From assembly GCA_965204755.1 (NCBI GenBank), contig OZ242011.1:1632001-1696000 (forward strand): 64,000 nt of DNA, read 5' to 3'. The position numbers and the translations under genes are program-made. Source of the DNA: Candidatus Marinacidobacterium sp. Lineage in GTDB: Bacteria; Acidobacteriota; Vicinamibacteria; Marinacidobacterales; Marinacidobacteraceae. Shown here piece after piece: positions 36,839 to 46,383 of this stretch; position 1 is the first letter of the stretch; each line of letters opens with the position of its first letter. Under the pieces are notes generated by a model that worked only from the letters and a program-made list of their open reading frames with translations, did no database searches and had not been told where the DNA came from.

Positions 36839-38440
36839 ATGCGCCCCGAATCCCGCTCCACTCCGCCGCTGCCGAACGCCGGCGCCCTCCGCCGCGCGGC
36901 CCCGGTCGCCGGACTGCTCGCCCTCGCCCTCGCCTGCGGCGGCGCCGCGCCGGAACCCGAACCCGAACCGGCCGCCGAAGCGCCGGTCCGCACCGCGGAT
37001 CCGTTCGCCCGAGGGCTCACCGAGGCCGACTTCCCCCGCACCCGGGAACTCGCGCCCGGCGTCCATTCCTACGAACAACTGCGCGCCGCCGGGGAGGAGT
37101 TGTTCACCACGGTCAGCCTGTTCGTGGTCACCGACGCCGGCGTCCTCGTCGCCGACGGGCAGGGAAACTTCGAGGAAACCGCCCGGCTGGTGGCCGAGAT
37201 CGGCGCGATCACCGACCGGCCCATCACCCATGTCGTCGTCGCTTCCGACCACGGCGACCACACCGCCGGGAACGCGGCGTTCCCCGAAGGCGTGGAATTC
37301 ATCGTCCACGAGAACTCCGTCCCGGCGATGGAGGCGCTCGGCGAACGCATCCCCGACCTGCCGATGCCGCAGACGGTGATCGGCGACGCGCACGACCTCG
37401 ACCTCGCCGGCCGCCGCATCGAGATCCGGTTCCTCGGCCGCGCCCATACCGGCGGCGACCTCGTGGTCCACCTCCCGGTGGAGGGCGTCCTGTTCCTGAC
37501 CGAGGCCTACCTCCACCGGATCTTCCCCGCGATGCGGTCGGCGTATCCGTCGGAGTGGGTCGCGATGCTGCGCCGCGCGCAGGCGCTCGACGCCGAGTGG
37601 AACATCCCCGGCCACGGTTTCGTGGACGACCCGGAAGTCCTGCGCGAAGAACTCGGCGCCGCCGTCGCCGCGCTGGAGACCGTGATCGCCGAAGCCACCC
37701 GCCTCCACGGCATGGGCCTCAGCCTCGAAGAGGCGGAGCAGCAGGCGGACTTCGGCGACCTCGAGACCTGGTCGCTCCGCGACAGCCAGCGCGCCGGCGC
37801 CATCGCCCGCGTCTATATGGAGTTGAACGGCGAACTCCCCGACTCGCCGTCACGCGGCCCGGGAGCGCCGGTATCCTCCGCTTCCCCCGCCTCTTCTTCC
37901 GAAACCCGAGACACCCGAACACCGGAGGGCCGACCGATGACCGCACCTGACAACGCCAACCCGACCCGCGCCGCCGACGGGGAGACCCCCGAGAGCGTCG
38001 TGGCGGCGCTGTACGCCTCCGTTACCGGCCCGGCCGGCGCGGAGAGGGACTGGGCGCGGTTCCGGTCGCTCTTCGCGCCGGGCGCCCGGCTGATGATGGT
38101 CCTCCCCGGCGAGGACGGCCGCAACACCGTGAGGCGCCTCACCCCGGAGGAGTACGAGTCCGAAGCGATGGAACACCGCGCGTTCGACGGCGGCTTCTTC
38201 GAGTACGAGACCGGCGGCGTCTCCGAAGCGCACGGCGCCATCGCGCACCGTTTCGGCAGTTACGCCGTCTATCGCTCGAAGGACGACGAAGAACCGCTGG
38301 GCCGGGGCCTCACCACCTCCCAGTTCGTCCACGACGGGGAGCGCTGGCGCCTGCTCTCGTTCCTCTGGCAGGACATCGCCCCCGGCGACCCGCTCCCCGC
38401 CCGCTACCTGGACACCCCGCCGGCCGCGGACCCGCGCTGA
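36839..38440 (+). CDS. MBL-fold hydrolase lipoprotein reading in-frame into an NTF2-like domain
   Basis: Lipobox LALAC. SDHGDH, AHTGGD, IPGHG. Internal RBS + ATG at 37937 begins a DWARFRSLF-type domain. Confidence 0.75.
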   Translation: MRPESRSTPPLPNAGALRRAAPVAGLLALALACGGAAPEPEPEPAAEAPVRTADPFARGLTEADFPRTRELAPGVHSYEQLRAAGEELFTTVSLFVVTDAGVLVADGQGNFEETARLVAEIGAITDRPITHVVVASDHGDHTAGNAAFPEGVEFIVHENSVPAMEALGERIPDLPMPQTVIGDAHDLDLAGRRIEIRFLGRAHTGGDLVVHLPVEGVLFLTEAYLHRIFPAMRSAYPSEWVAMLRRAQALDAEWNIPGHGFVDDPEVLREELGAAVAALETVIAEATRLHGMGLSLEEAEQQADFGDLETWSLRDSQRAGAIARVYMELNGELPDSPSRGPGAPVSSASPASSSETRDTRTPEGRPMTAPDNANPTRAADGETPESVVAALYASVTGPAGAERDWARFRSLFAPGARLMMVLPGEDGRNTVRRLTPEEYESEAMEHRAFDGGFFEYETGGVSEAHGAIAHRFGSYAVYRSKDDEEPLGRGLTTSQFVHDGERWRLLSFLWQDIAPGDPLPARYLDTPPAADPR

Positions 38441-38464
38441 GGACCACCCTCGGGGCGGCTCCGC

Positions 38465-38908
38465 TCACTCGATTCGGCAGGCGTCCCGCGTCAGCAGTCT
38501 CTTGTTTCTCGCGCCGGAGTAGATCTTGCCTCGCGGTTCTCCGAGGATCTTCCGGTTCTTGAAGTCGGCGATCAGATCTGCGTCACCGCTGTACAACAAG
38601 CGCGCTCCGCTCACCTTGGCGAGAGCGAGCACATGAGTGTCGTTCGATCGGGTGACACCCTCCGACTTCAGTCTGCGCACTTCGTCCTCTACCTGCTCGT
38701 CGGGAACTCTGCTCGCCTGTCCGGCCCGCGAATATTCCAAGAGTCGGCTCTTCGCGGCCCGATACAGTTCGTCTGCGAATGCGCCGCCCGTTGAGAACGC
38801 CAAGTTGCCCCACCCTCTTCGCAGCCACCGATGAATCGGCGCCGCATCGGGAGTTTCCGGCTTCGCCAAGAAATCGCCCAAGCGGTTCGTATCCACGATC
38901 ATGCACAT
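38465..38908 (-). CDS. PIN-like domain protein
   Basis: MIVDTN, SNDTHVLALA, LLYSGD..L..DF. Confidence 0.75.
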   Translation of the reverse strand: MCMIVDTNRLGDFLAKPETPDAAPIHRWLRRGWGNLAFSTGGAFADELYRAAKSRLLEYSRAGQASRVPDEQVEDEVRRLKSEGVTRSNDTHVLALAKVSGARLLYSGDADLIADFKNRKILGEPRGKIYSGARNKRLLTRDACRIE

Positions 38909-38918
38909 GATGGGGCGC

Positions 38919-40265
38919 TCAGCTTCCGAAACCGAGCACCAGGTCGGTCTCGCGCAGGAAGAAGTCTCGGTATCCGGCAGGGGCGTTCCGGATGTTTCCG
39001 TAATCGTCCAACCGAAGGTCGTGGATCTTCACCGCGTTCTTCTTCGGCTCGAAATAGAGGATGGACACATCGTTGGCGCTGATCAACTTCTTCCGCACGG
39101 ACACACGGATCCGATCCACGATGTAGTCGCTGTGAGTCTCAACGAAGAAGCGGTGGCGCCGACTGCGTACCGAGTTGACGAAGAAGGTCCCGAGTTCCGC
39201 TTGGCCTCGGGGGTGCAGATGCACCTCCGGCTGCTGCATCAGGAACAGGGACGGCTGACGATGACGGGTTCGCCGCGCCAACCCTCCGTTGACTCCCGGC
39301 GCCAGGAGTTCGACCAAGATGGGAAGACTCTGGCTCACGCCATAGCCCACATCCATGAGGTTTGCATGCGAGCCGGAATGCGCCTTGACTTGCAATTGGA
39401 AGGGATCACTGATCTGCTTTCCGTGACGCTTCACGCGGATGTCGGAGAACAGCCCGGCCGCTCGTCCGAATTCAACGAGATCTCTCTGGAGTTCGGCCCA
39501 CGCCGGGCCTTCCGAGTGGTCAAGGCGCATCATGAGCATCGGGATGTGCTCGCCCTCGGGCGTAGCGGCTTCCCGGATGGGATCGTAAGTCCGACGCGGT
39601 TTGGCTCGAAGCGGGGCGACCGGTACCAAAGGAAGGCCGGGTGACAGGTTGTCGAGAACAGTCCGGCGACGGCCGTCGGAGGGCTTCGTCAACCGCCGAA
39701 CGAACTCGGTGACAGGTCGGATATCGGGATAGCGTCGCTCGAGGGGATCGCCCACATCCGATACGAAGAAGGGCAGTGTCGCGAGCGAGAACGGGAGGTC
39801 GGTTTCAGCTCGATGGCCGTCAATGGCGACGATCGTGCCATCTTGGGCGTCAGGTCGGAACTCCAGGAATCCTTCGGAACCGAATTCGTAGCGCCAAGAC
39901 ATCAGGGTCGGTTGGGATCCTTCCTCTCGGAAGGTGGCGACGACTCGATACGGCCGTGCTATCCCGTCGGCCGCGCTGGGCATTCCGAAGCCGATCCTGA
40001 ACTCGCGGATGCGCCCGGCGCTGCCGCGACGGGAACGAACGATGTCCCGGAACGAGCCCATCGAGAACGGTTCGAGATTGAAGTCGACCGGAGGCGCACC
40101 GAAGTGCGCTTCCAGCATTCGGTGCAGTGCGCTGTAACAGCCGAGGAAGGTGGTTTTCCCCGTGCTGTTTTCTCCCACGAGAAGGGTGATCGGGCTCAGG
40201 CGTGCCCGTTGAACACCCTGGAAGCACCGAACATCTTCCAGAAGGAGTTCTGTCGGTGGGGACAT
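38919..40265 (-). CDS. ABC-type ATPase (AAA_21/DUF3696-like)
   Basis: LVGENSTGKTT, DVGYGVSQ, LMQQPEVHLHP, VETHSD. Confidence 0.88.
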   Translation of the reverse strand: MSPPTELLLEDVRCFQGVQRARLSPITLLVGENSTGKTTFLGCYSALHRMLEAHFGAPPVDFNLEPFSMGSFRDIVRSRRGSAGRIREFRIGFGMPSAADGIARPYRVVATFREEGSQPTLMSWRYEFGSEGFLEFRPDAQDGTIVAIDGHRAETDLPFSLATLPFFVSDVGDPLERRYPDIRPVTEFVRRLTKPSDGRRRTVLDNLSPGLPLVPVAPLRAKPRRTYDPIREAATPEGEHIPMLMMRLDHSEGPAWAELQRDLVEFGRAAGLFSDIRVKRHGKQISDPFQLQVKAHSGSHANLMDVGYGVSQSLPILVELLAPGVNGGLARRTRHRQPSLFLMQQPEVHLHPRGQAELGTFFVNSVRSRRHRFFVETHSDYIVDRIRVSVRKKLISANDVSILYFEPKKNAVKIHDLRLDDYGNIRNAPAGYRDFFLRETDLVLGFGS

Positions 40266-40465
40266 GACGCCTACGATATCTTGAGGACGGGCTACAGCCG
40301 GTGAGGAGAGTCGAGGAGCGGGACGCAGCGGCCGCTCGGTGGAACCGGGAGGTTACCGAATCGGCGTCGTCGGCGCGACTGACGGATCGGCGTCGGTCGG
40401 GCCCGCACGCGGGAGTGGCCGACCGCAGCGGCGCGGCTCGTCCGGAGCGCCCGTGGCATTCGTCC

Positions 40466-41683
40466 CTACCCCAGCAATCCCAAAACCCGCGCCAGTTGGC
40501 GGACCGACAGGCCGGAGATCACCAGCACCACGATGACGCCCAGCACATTGGCGAGCCGGGAGTTGCAGTACTTCCCCATGATCCGTTCGCGGTTCACGAC
40601 GATCAGCAGCAGCACCAGCGTGAGCGGCAGGACGATGCCGTTCCCGGCCTGCGCGAGCAGGATCACCTGGTAAGGCGACGCGCCGAGCGTCACGCCGCAG
40701 ACGATCCCGGTCAGCAGCACGAACGCCCACAGCATCCGGAACCGGGGGCTCTTGAGGTCCGAGCCCCAACCGAGCGCGCCGGAGGCGGCGTAGGCCCCGG
40801 CGAGCGGCGCGGTGATCGCGGAAGTCAGCCCCGCCGCGAACAGCCCCAACCCGAAGAACAGCGGCGCCGCGCGGCCGAGCAGCGGTTCGAGGCGCTGCGC
40901 CACCGTCGCCGCGTCGGCGGCTTCCGCTCCCTGCCCGAGCAGCGGCGAAGCGGACACCACCACCGCCGCCGTGATCAGGCCGCCGAGCGCCACCGAGAAC
41001 ACCGTGTCCGAACGGCTCTCGCGGATGTTGTCGTCGTTCTTGGACGCGTCCGGCCAGCGCTCCATCGTGGTGCTGGCGTGGAGGAACAGGTTGTAGGACA
41101 CCACCGTCGTCCCGATGAGCGCGAGTACCGGCAGGAGCGCGCCGTCGGGAATGCTCGGGATGAACAGCCCGGACAGCAGGTCGCCGGGCGACGGGAAGGT
41201 CAGCACCGCGACCAGCAGGAAGACGATGCTCATCAACCCGACCAGCGCCACGAGCACATTCTGGATGGCCTTGTAGGTGCCGGTGAGCAGCAGCGCCCCG
41301 GCGAAACCGCCCACGACCAGCACCAGGACCTCCTGCGGGAGCCCGCTCAGCAGGCTGACGCCGAGCGACGCGCCGAGCAGGTTGCCGGTCTGGAAGGCGG
41401 CGTTCCCGACGAGGATGGTTACCGCGATCAAACCCAGCACGATCACCCGCGCCGTGGGATCCGCCAGACTGTCGCGGATCGCCTCGGCGAGGCCGCGCCG
41501 TCCGGCGAGTCCCACCCGCGCCGCCATGTCCTGCAGGATCATGGTGGCGATCACCGAGAAGAGGACCGCCCACAGCAGCGCGGTGCCGTAACCGGCGCCG
41601 GCGCGGCTGGCGGTGACGATCGTCCCCGGCCCGATGAAGGCGGCGGTGACCAGGAAGCCGGGGCCGACTCGAAACTTGCTCAT
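40466..41683 (-). CDS. Nramp-family divalent metal transporter
   Basis: AAFIGPGT, multiple TMs, GTTVVSYNLFLH, AQAGNG. Confidence 0.88.
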   Translation of the reverse strand: MSKFRVGPGFLVTAAFIGPGTIVTASRAGAGYGTALLWAVLFSVIATMILQDMAARVGLAGRRGLAEAIRDSLADPTARVIVLGLIAVTILVGNAAFQTGNLLGASLGVSLLSGLPQEVLVLVVGGFAGALLLTGTYKAIQNVLVALVGLMSIVFLLVAVLTFPSPGDLLSGLFIPSIPDGALLPVLALIGTTVVSYNLFLHASTTMERWPDASKNDDNIRESRSDTVFSVALGGLITAAVVVSASPLLGQGAEAADAATVAQRLEPLLGRAAPLFFGLGLFAAGLTSAITAPLAGAYAASGALGWGSDLKSPRFRMLWAFVLLTGIVCGVTLGASPYQVILLAQAGNGIVLPLTLVLLLIVVNRERIMGKYCNSRLANVLGVIVVLVISGLSVRQLARVLGLLG

Positions 41684-41705
41684 GGAGGGGTCCTCCCGTG
41701 CCTAT

Positions 41706-41731
41706 GTTGACAGGCGGGGTTGACAGGCGGG
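41706..41731. repeat. 13-bp tandem duplication GTTGACAGGCGGG
   Basis: Two adjacent copies in the intergenic gap. Confidence 0.7.
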
Positions 41732-41745
41732 GCCGGTGGGGGCGG

Positions 41746-43365
41746 TCAGTTTCGCAGGTCGGCGGCGATCACGCGCGCCGCGTTGCGCCCGGAGATGAGG
41801 TGGAGGCCGCCGTACGGCGCCGTTCCCGGCCCGGCGAGGTAGAGCCCGCCGACCGGCGTCCGATGCCGCGCGAATCCGGGAACCGGACGCAGCGAATACA
41901 GCTGGTCGAGCGTCGGCTCCCCCTGGTGGAAACTGCCCTCGGCCAGGCCGAACCCGGTCTCCAGCGCCGCCGGCGAGACCACCCGGCGCCCGATGACCAG
42001 GTCGCGGATCCCGGGGAAGGCGCGTTCCAGCATCCGGAGCGCCGCCTCCGCCAGGCGCTCCTCGGCCCGGCGGGCCGGGGTTCCCCAGCCCCCGTCCTCC
42101 CGGAGGTCGTAGGGCGCGGACTGGACGGTCGCCGCCAGCGTGTGCCGCCCCGGCGGGGCGAGGCCGGAGGCGTGGGCCGAGGGGAGGAACGCGAAGACCA
42201 GCGGGTCGGCGGCGATCCGGCCGTACTTCGCCGCGTCCGCCGCCCGCTCCAGGTGGTCGAGGGTGGCGCCGATCTGGACGATCCCGTCCAGGCGCGGGTC
42301 GTCCGCTTCCCCCGCCGGCGCGTCGGCGAATCGCGGCCGGCCGGAGAGCGCGAACCCGATCCGGGCGGCCGTTCCCCGGTAGCGGATGCGCCGCGCCTCG
42401 TGGACGAACTCCGGTTCCAGCCGGGCCGCGCCCACCCATTCGAGCAGCGTGGCCCTCGGCGAGGCGTCGGAGACCACGGCGCCGCAGCGCGCCGTCCGCC
42501 CGTCCCGGAGTTCCACGCCGACCGCGCGCGGGCGGCCGCCGGGGCCGGGTTCCGTCAGGACGCGGCGAACCCCGCCGGAGCCGCTCTCGAAGTGGACTCC
42601 GGCGGCGCGCGCCGCTTCCCGGAGCGCCTCCCCCACCGCGGTCGCGCCCCCCTTCGGCGGCCGCAGGAAGCCCAGCGGCTCCGACGAACCGAAGGCGTGG
42701 AAGTGGAGGAAGAGCCCGGCGGTCCCCGGCGCCCGCGGCCCGAGCCGGATCCCGGTGAGCGCCGGCCCGGCCAGCGCCGCCTTCAGCGGTTCGGACTCGA
42801 ACCGGTCGTCCAGGTAGTCCCGGAGGGCCATCGGCAGCGCTTGGAGCAGCGCGCCGATCCCCCGGCCGCCGAGCCCCAGCGCCGAGACCGCGGCCCGCGC
42901 CGCTTCCGGCAACTTCGAGTCCAACTCGAGCGGCGGGCGGAGCGCCAGCCCGCGCAGGAAGTTGGCGGCGGCGTCCAGTTCCGCGGCGAACTCCGGGAAC
43001 CGGGAGGCGTCGGCGGCCGAGAGTCCGCCCGCCGCGCGCCGCGCCGCTTCCCGGCCGCGCGGCAGGCTGAAGGTCTCCCCGGTCTCCGGCGAGACGACGG
43101 TCAGCGCGGGGTCGGGAGCGAGGAACTCGAGACCGTGTTCCGCGAGTCCCAGTTCGCCGGCGGCGGTCGGGTCGAACGACGGCAGCGTCTCCGGCGCGAC
43201 CGGGAGGAGGAAGCCGGGCGCGATCTCGCAACTCGCCGCGACGCCGCCGGGTCGTCCGCGTTCGCCGACGACCAGCGCGCTCCGCCCGCCGCGGGCGAGC
43301 AGGATCGCCGCCGCGAGCGCGTCCGGGCCCCCGCCGACGGCGACGAGGTCGTAGCGGTCGCGCAT
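41746..43365 (-). CDS. Phytoene-dehydrogenase-like FAD oxidoreductase (divergent paralog)
   Basis: VGGGPDAL, GG..AV..AL, LYLAGPGT..YGG...ISGRNAA. Confidence 0.85.
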   Translation of the reverse strand: MRDRYDLVAVGGGPDALAAAILLARGGRSALVVGERGRPGGVAASCEIAPGFLLPVAPETLPSFDPTAAGELGLAEHGLEFLAPDPALTVVSPETGETFSLPRGREAARRAAGGLSAADASRFPEFAAELDAAANFLRGLALRPPLELDSKLPEAARAAVSALGLGGRGIGALLQALPMALRDYLDDRFESEPLKAALAGPALTGIRLGPRAPGTAGLFLHFHAFGSSEPLGFLRPPKGGATAVGEALREAARAAGVHFESGSGGVRRVLTEPGPGGRPRAVGVELRDGRTARCGAVVSDASPRATLLEWVGAARLEPEFVHEARRIRYRGTAARIGFALSGRPRFADAPAGEADDPRLDGIVQIGATLDHLERAADAAKYGRIAADPLVFAFLPSAHASGLAPPGRHTLAATVQSAPYDLREDGGWGTPARRAEERLAEAALRMLERAFPGIRDLVIGRRVVSPAALETGFGLAEGSFHQGEPTLDQLYSLRPVPGFARHRTPVGGLYLAGPGTAPYGGLHLISGRNAARVIAADLRN

Positions 43366-43402
43366 CGGCGGCGTCAGGCGGGAGCCGGAGTGCGCCGGTC
43401 GC

Positions 43403-44986
43403 TCACGCGGCGGCGAGCATGGCGTCCGCGCCCAGTTTCCCCGGCGCGCCCATCACGCCGCCGCCGGGATGCGCCCCCGAACCGCACAGGAACAGCCCGC
43501 GCAGGGGCGTCGCGAACTGCGCCCAGCCCGGCGCCGGGCGGAGGAAGAACAACTGCTCCAGGCCGAGTTCCCCGGCGAAGATGTTGCCCTCGGTCAGCCC
43601 GGTGCGGCGCTCGATGTCCAGCGGCGTGAGTACCTGCCGCTCCAGAATGAGGTCCGGCAGGTTGGGCGCGTACTCGGCGAGCGTTGCGATCACGGTGTCG
43701 CCGAAGGCGTCCCGCTGCGCGTCCCAGTCCCCGTCCGCCGGGTCGAGGTGGTAGGGCGCGTACTGGACGAAGATGGACATCACCTGTTTGCCCGGCGGCG
43801 CCATACCCGGGTCGAGCAGCGACGGGATCAACACATCCAGGTAGGGCCGGCGGGAGAACCGTCCGTACTTGGCGTCGTCGTAGGCGCGCTCCATCGTTTC
43901 CCGGTCCGGGCTGATGGAGATGGAGCCGGCGAGGTGCGGCCCCGACCCGGGCAGCGCGGTGAAGTCGGGCAACCCGTCGAGCGCCAGGTTCACCTTGCCC
44001 GACGAACCGCGCAGCCGGTATCGCCGGATGCCGCGAACGAAGTCCTCCGGGAGTTCGTCGGGATCGAGCAACCGGAGGAAGGTGCGGTGCGGGTCGAGGC
44101 TGGAAGCGGTCTGCGCGGCGTAGATCTCTTCGCCGGACTCCAGGACGACCCCGGCCGCCCGTCCGGAGTCGTTCAGGATGCGGGTGACGCCGGCGCCGGT
44201 GCGTATTTCCGCGCCGAACGCTCGGGCGGCGGAGGCCAGCGCGTCCGCCACCGCGCCCATCCCGCCGCGCGCGAAACCCCACGAGCGGGAAGCGCCGTCT
44301 ATCTCGCCCATGTAGTGGTGGAGCAGGACATACGCCGTTCCCGGCGAAGAAATGCCGAGGAAGGTCCCGATGATGCCGCTGGCCGACATGGTGGCCTTCA
44401 GCGGCTCCGACTCGAACCAGCGGTCGAGGTAGTCGCTCGCGCTCGCCGTCATCAACTTCGCCAACTCGTGGAGCCGCCGGGGCCCGAGGCGCGAGAACCG
44501 CCCGCCCACCCGCGCCAGCCCGGCGAGTTCCGCCGGCCGGAGCGAACCGATGTCGGGCGGCCGGGTCATCAGCAGGTCGCGCACCGCCCGGCTGAGGTGG
44601 TGCATGTGGAGGCCGAACCGGGGGTAGTTGTCGGCGTCCCGCCGGGAGAAGCCGAGCAGCGATTCGCGGGTCTTCGCCGGATCGTGCCAACGGGTCAATG
44701 CGCGCCCGTCGGGCAGCGGGGTGAAGGTTCCGTCGAGGGGTTGCAGATGCAGCCCGTGCCGGGCGAGGTCGAGGTCCGCGATGATCTGCGGCCGCAGCAG
44801 GCTGACCACATAGGAGAAGACGGAGACGGTGAACCCGGGGAGGATCTCCTCGCTGAAGGTGGCGCCGCCGACGCGCTCGTTCTTCTCGACGAGAACCACC
44901 CGCTTCCCGGCCCGCGCCAGGTACGCCGCCGTAATGAGCCCGTTGTGCCCCCCGCCGATAACGACGGCGTCGTAGCGCTGGCTCAC
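43403..44986 (-). CDS. Phytoene-dehydrogenase-like FAD oxidoreductase
   Basis: IGGGHNGL, PGTAYVLLHH, GGMG, LCGSGAHPGGGVMG. Confidence 0.9.
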   Translation of the reverse strand: MSQRYDAVVIGGGHNGLITAAYLARAGKRVVLVEKNERVGGATFSEEILPGFTVSVFSYVVSLLRPQIIADLDLARHGLHLQPLDGTFTPLPDGRALTRWHDPAKTRESLLGFSRRDADNYPRFGLHMHHLSRAVRDLLMTRPPDIGSLRPAELAGLARVGGRFSRLGPRRLHELAKLMTASASDYLDRWFESEPLKATMSASGIIGTFLGISSPGTAYVLLHHYMGEIDGASRSWGFARGGMGAVADALASAARAFGAEIRTGAGVTRILNDSGRAAGVVLESGEEIYAAQTASSLDPHRTFLRLLDPDELPEDFVRGIRRYRLRGSSGKVNLALDGLPDFTALPGSGPHLAGSISISPDRETMERAYDDAKYGRFSRRPYLDVLIPSLLDPGMAPPGKQVMSIFVQYAPYHLDPADGDWDAQRDAFGDTVIATLAEYAPNLPDLILERQVLTPLDIERRTGLTEGNIFAGELGLEQLFFLRPAPGWAQFATPLRGLFLCGSGAHPGGGVMGAPGKLGADAMLAAA

Positions 44987-45267
44987 GGGGAACGGGGCGG
45001 AGCGGCGGTCTCCGGTGGCGCCGGCGGCGCGCCGGGCGCGACGCCCCTGCCGGTTGACCTCGACTCCCGCTCCGTGGATAGAATAAACGCCGGACGGGGT
45101 GGATCAAGAGTGCCGGCGCGCGCGTACGGAGAGGTGATCCGATCTGCGGCCTTTACCGACGGCTTGGCGCGTCGCCGACTTGGAGCATCCAGACGGCAGG
45201 CGCTCGGTAGAGCCGAGCGCGATTCCGCGGCCGGCGGTGGGTCGGAGTCTGACTCCGGAGATGAATC

Positions 45268-45972
45268 GTGATGAAGGGCGACATCCCTCACTACTTCCAC
45301 CGTGGTTTGAAGTGTTGGATGCGCCGTATCCACGAGGGGCAGTTGACGCTTCCGACCTTTCGGCCCGGTTCCGTGTGGGGCATCGGCCAAACCAAAAGCC
45401 TGATCGATTCGCTGTTTCGGGACCGTCCGGTCGGCACGGTTCTCCTGATGCCGACGGATGAAGAGCGATTTGACTCGCGCCCGATCCCGGGCGCGGCTGC
45501 AGCGACGCCGTCGGCCGGTAACGGCGAACTGATCTTGGACGGTCAGCGGCGCCTATCGGCGTTCTGGAGAGCCTTCCACGATGAGCCGGAGCCGCTCTTC
45601 GTCAGGATCAACGACTGGACCGCCGACTTCCTCGCCGTACTCGAGGTCGGGTCAGCCGCGGACCTCCGACTTCGCTTGGTGAAGGACGCGCATGCGGACG
45701 CGGCGATCTTGTTCGAAAGTCGGTGCATCCCGTTCGCGGTCCTCGGAATCGATTGCGTCACGCAATCGGATGGCGCAACATGGGACTGGTGTGATCTGGC
45801 CCTGCCGAATGACGAAGACCGCGCAAGACGCTTGTCCTTCCGCATTCAGCGAGATGTGGCGGGGCCGTTTCTGTACCGGGGACTGTGGCGCCTGACGCTG
45901 CCGAGTGGAATCTCGAAAGAGGAGGCCATCGAGATCTACACACGGGCCAACGAATCTTCCGCCGTGACCTGA
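45268..45972 (+). pseudogene. DUF262 (GmrS/ParB-like) domain, truncated or degenerate
   Basis: LPTFRPGSVW (canonical FQR), LIDSL, ILDGQRRL (canonical DGQQR), IYTRAN, then an immediate stop. No C-terminal nuclease domain. Confidence 0.55.
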
Positions 45973-46125
45973 ACCTGCCAGAGATGCGGCGAATCGCTGT
46001 CGCAAGTTCATCGTGGCGCTCACGAATGATGGGAACGGCGGTGAGGGCTCTGATCGCAGGGAAGGTGACACTGACAGACGACTGAGCGGGAGTAGAGCCG
46101 CGATCGCGGAGGAAGCCACGGTCAC
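45973..46125 (-). pseudogene. Possible vapC toxin remnant
   Basis: GTG overlaps the vapB TGA and reads MTVASSAIAALL (cf. VapC M.vDsSal.ail). The catalytic Asp is absent and similarity is lost downstream. Confidence 0.35.
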
Positions 46126-46379
46126 TTCGGCAGTCCCCGCTCGTCGTAGAGGAAGTCACCGATACCGGCGGAGGACGGCCCCGGCCGGAGCGCCTTCGCG
46201 CATCGCTCACCGATGGCGCGGATGTCGGCGATCAGGGTCGGATCGTTCCTGCGTCGCTTCTCGCGCTCGAGTCGTTCGCGCACGGAGTCGGTGATGACTT
46301 CGGTGGCGGTGCGGCCCGTGAGGGAAGCGAGTTCGCGGACGAGACGGCAGGTCTCTTCGTTCTCGATGTTCAGACTCAT
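46122..46379 (-). CDS. vapB: VapB antitoxin (Rv0623-like)
   Basis: MSLNI....CRLVRELA.LTG...TEVI...VRERL; C-terminal LYDERGLPK. Confidence 0.85.
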   Translation of the reverse strand: MSLNIENEETCRLVRELASLTGRTATEVITDSVRERLEREKRRRNDPTLIADIRAIGERCAKALRPGPSSAGIGDFLYDERGLPK

Positions 46380-46383
46380 ACGG

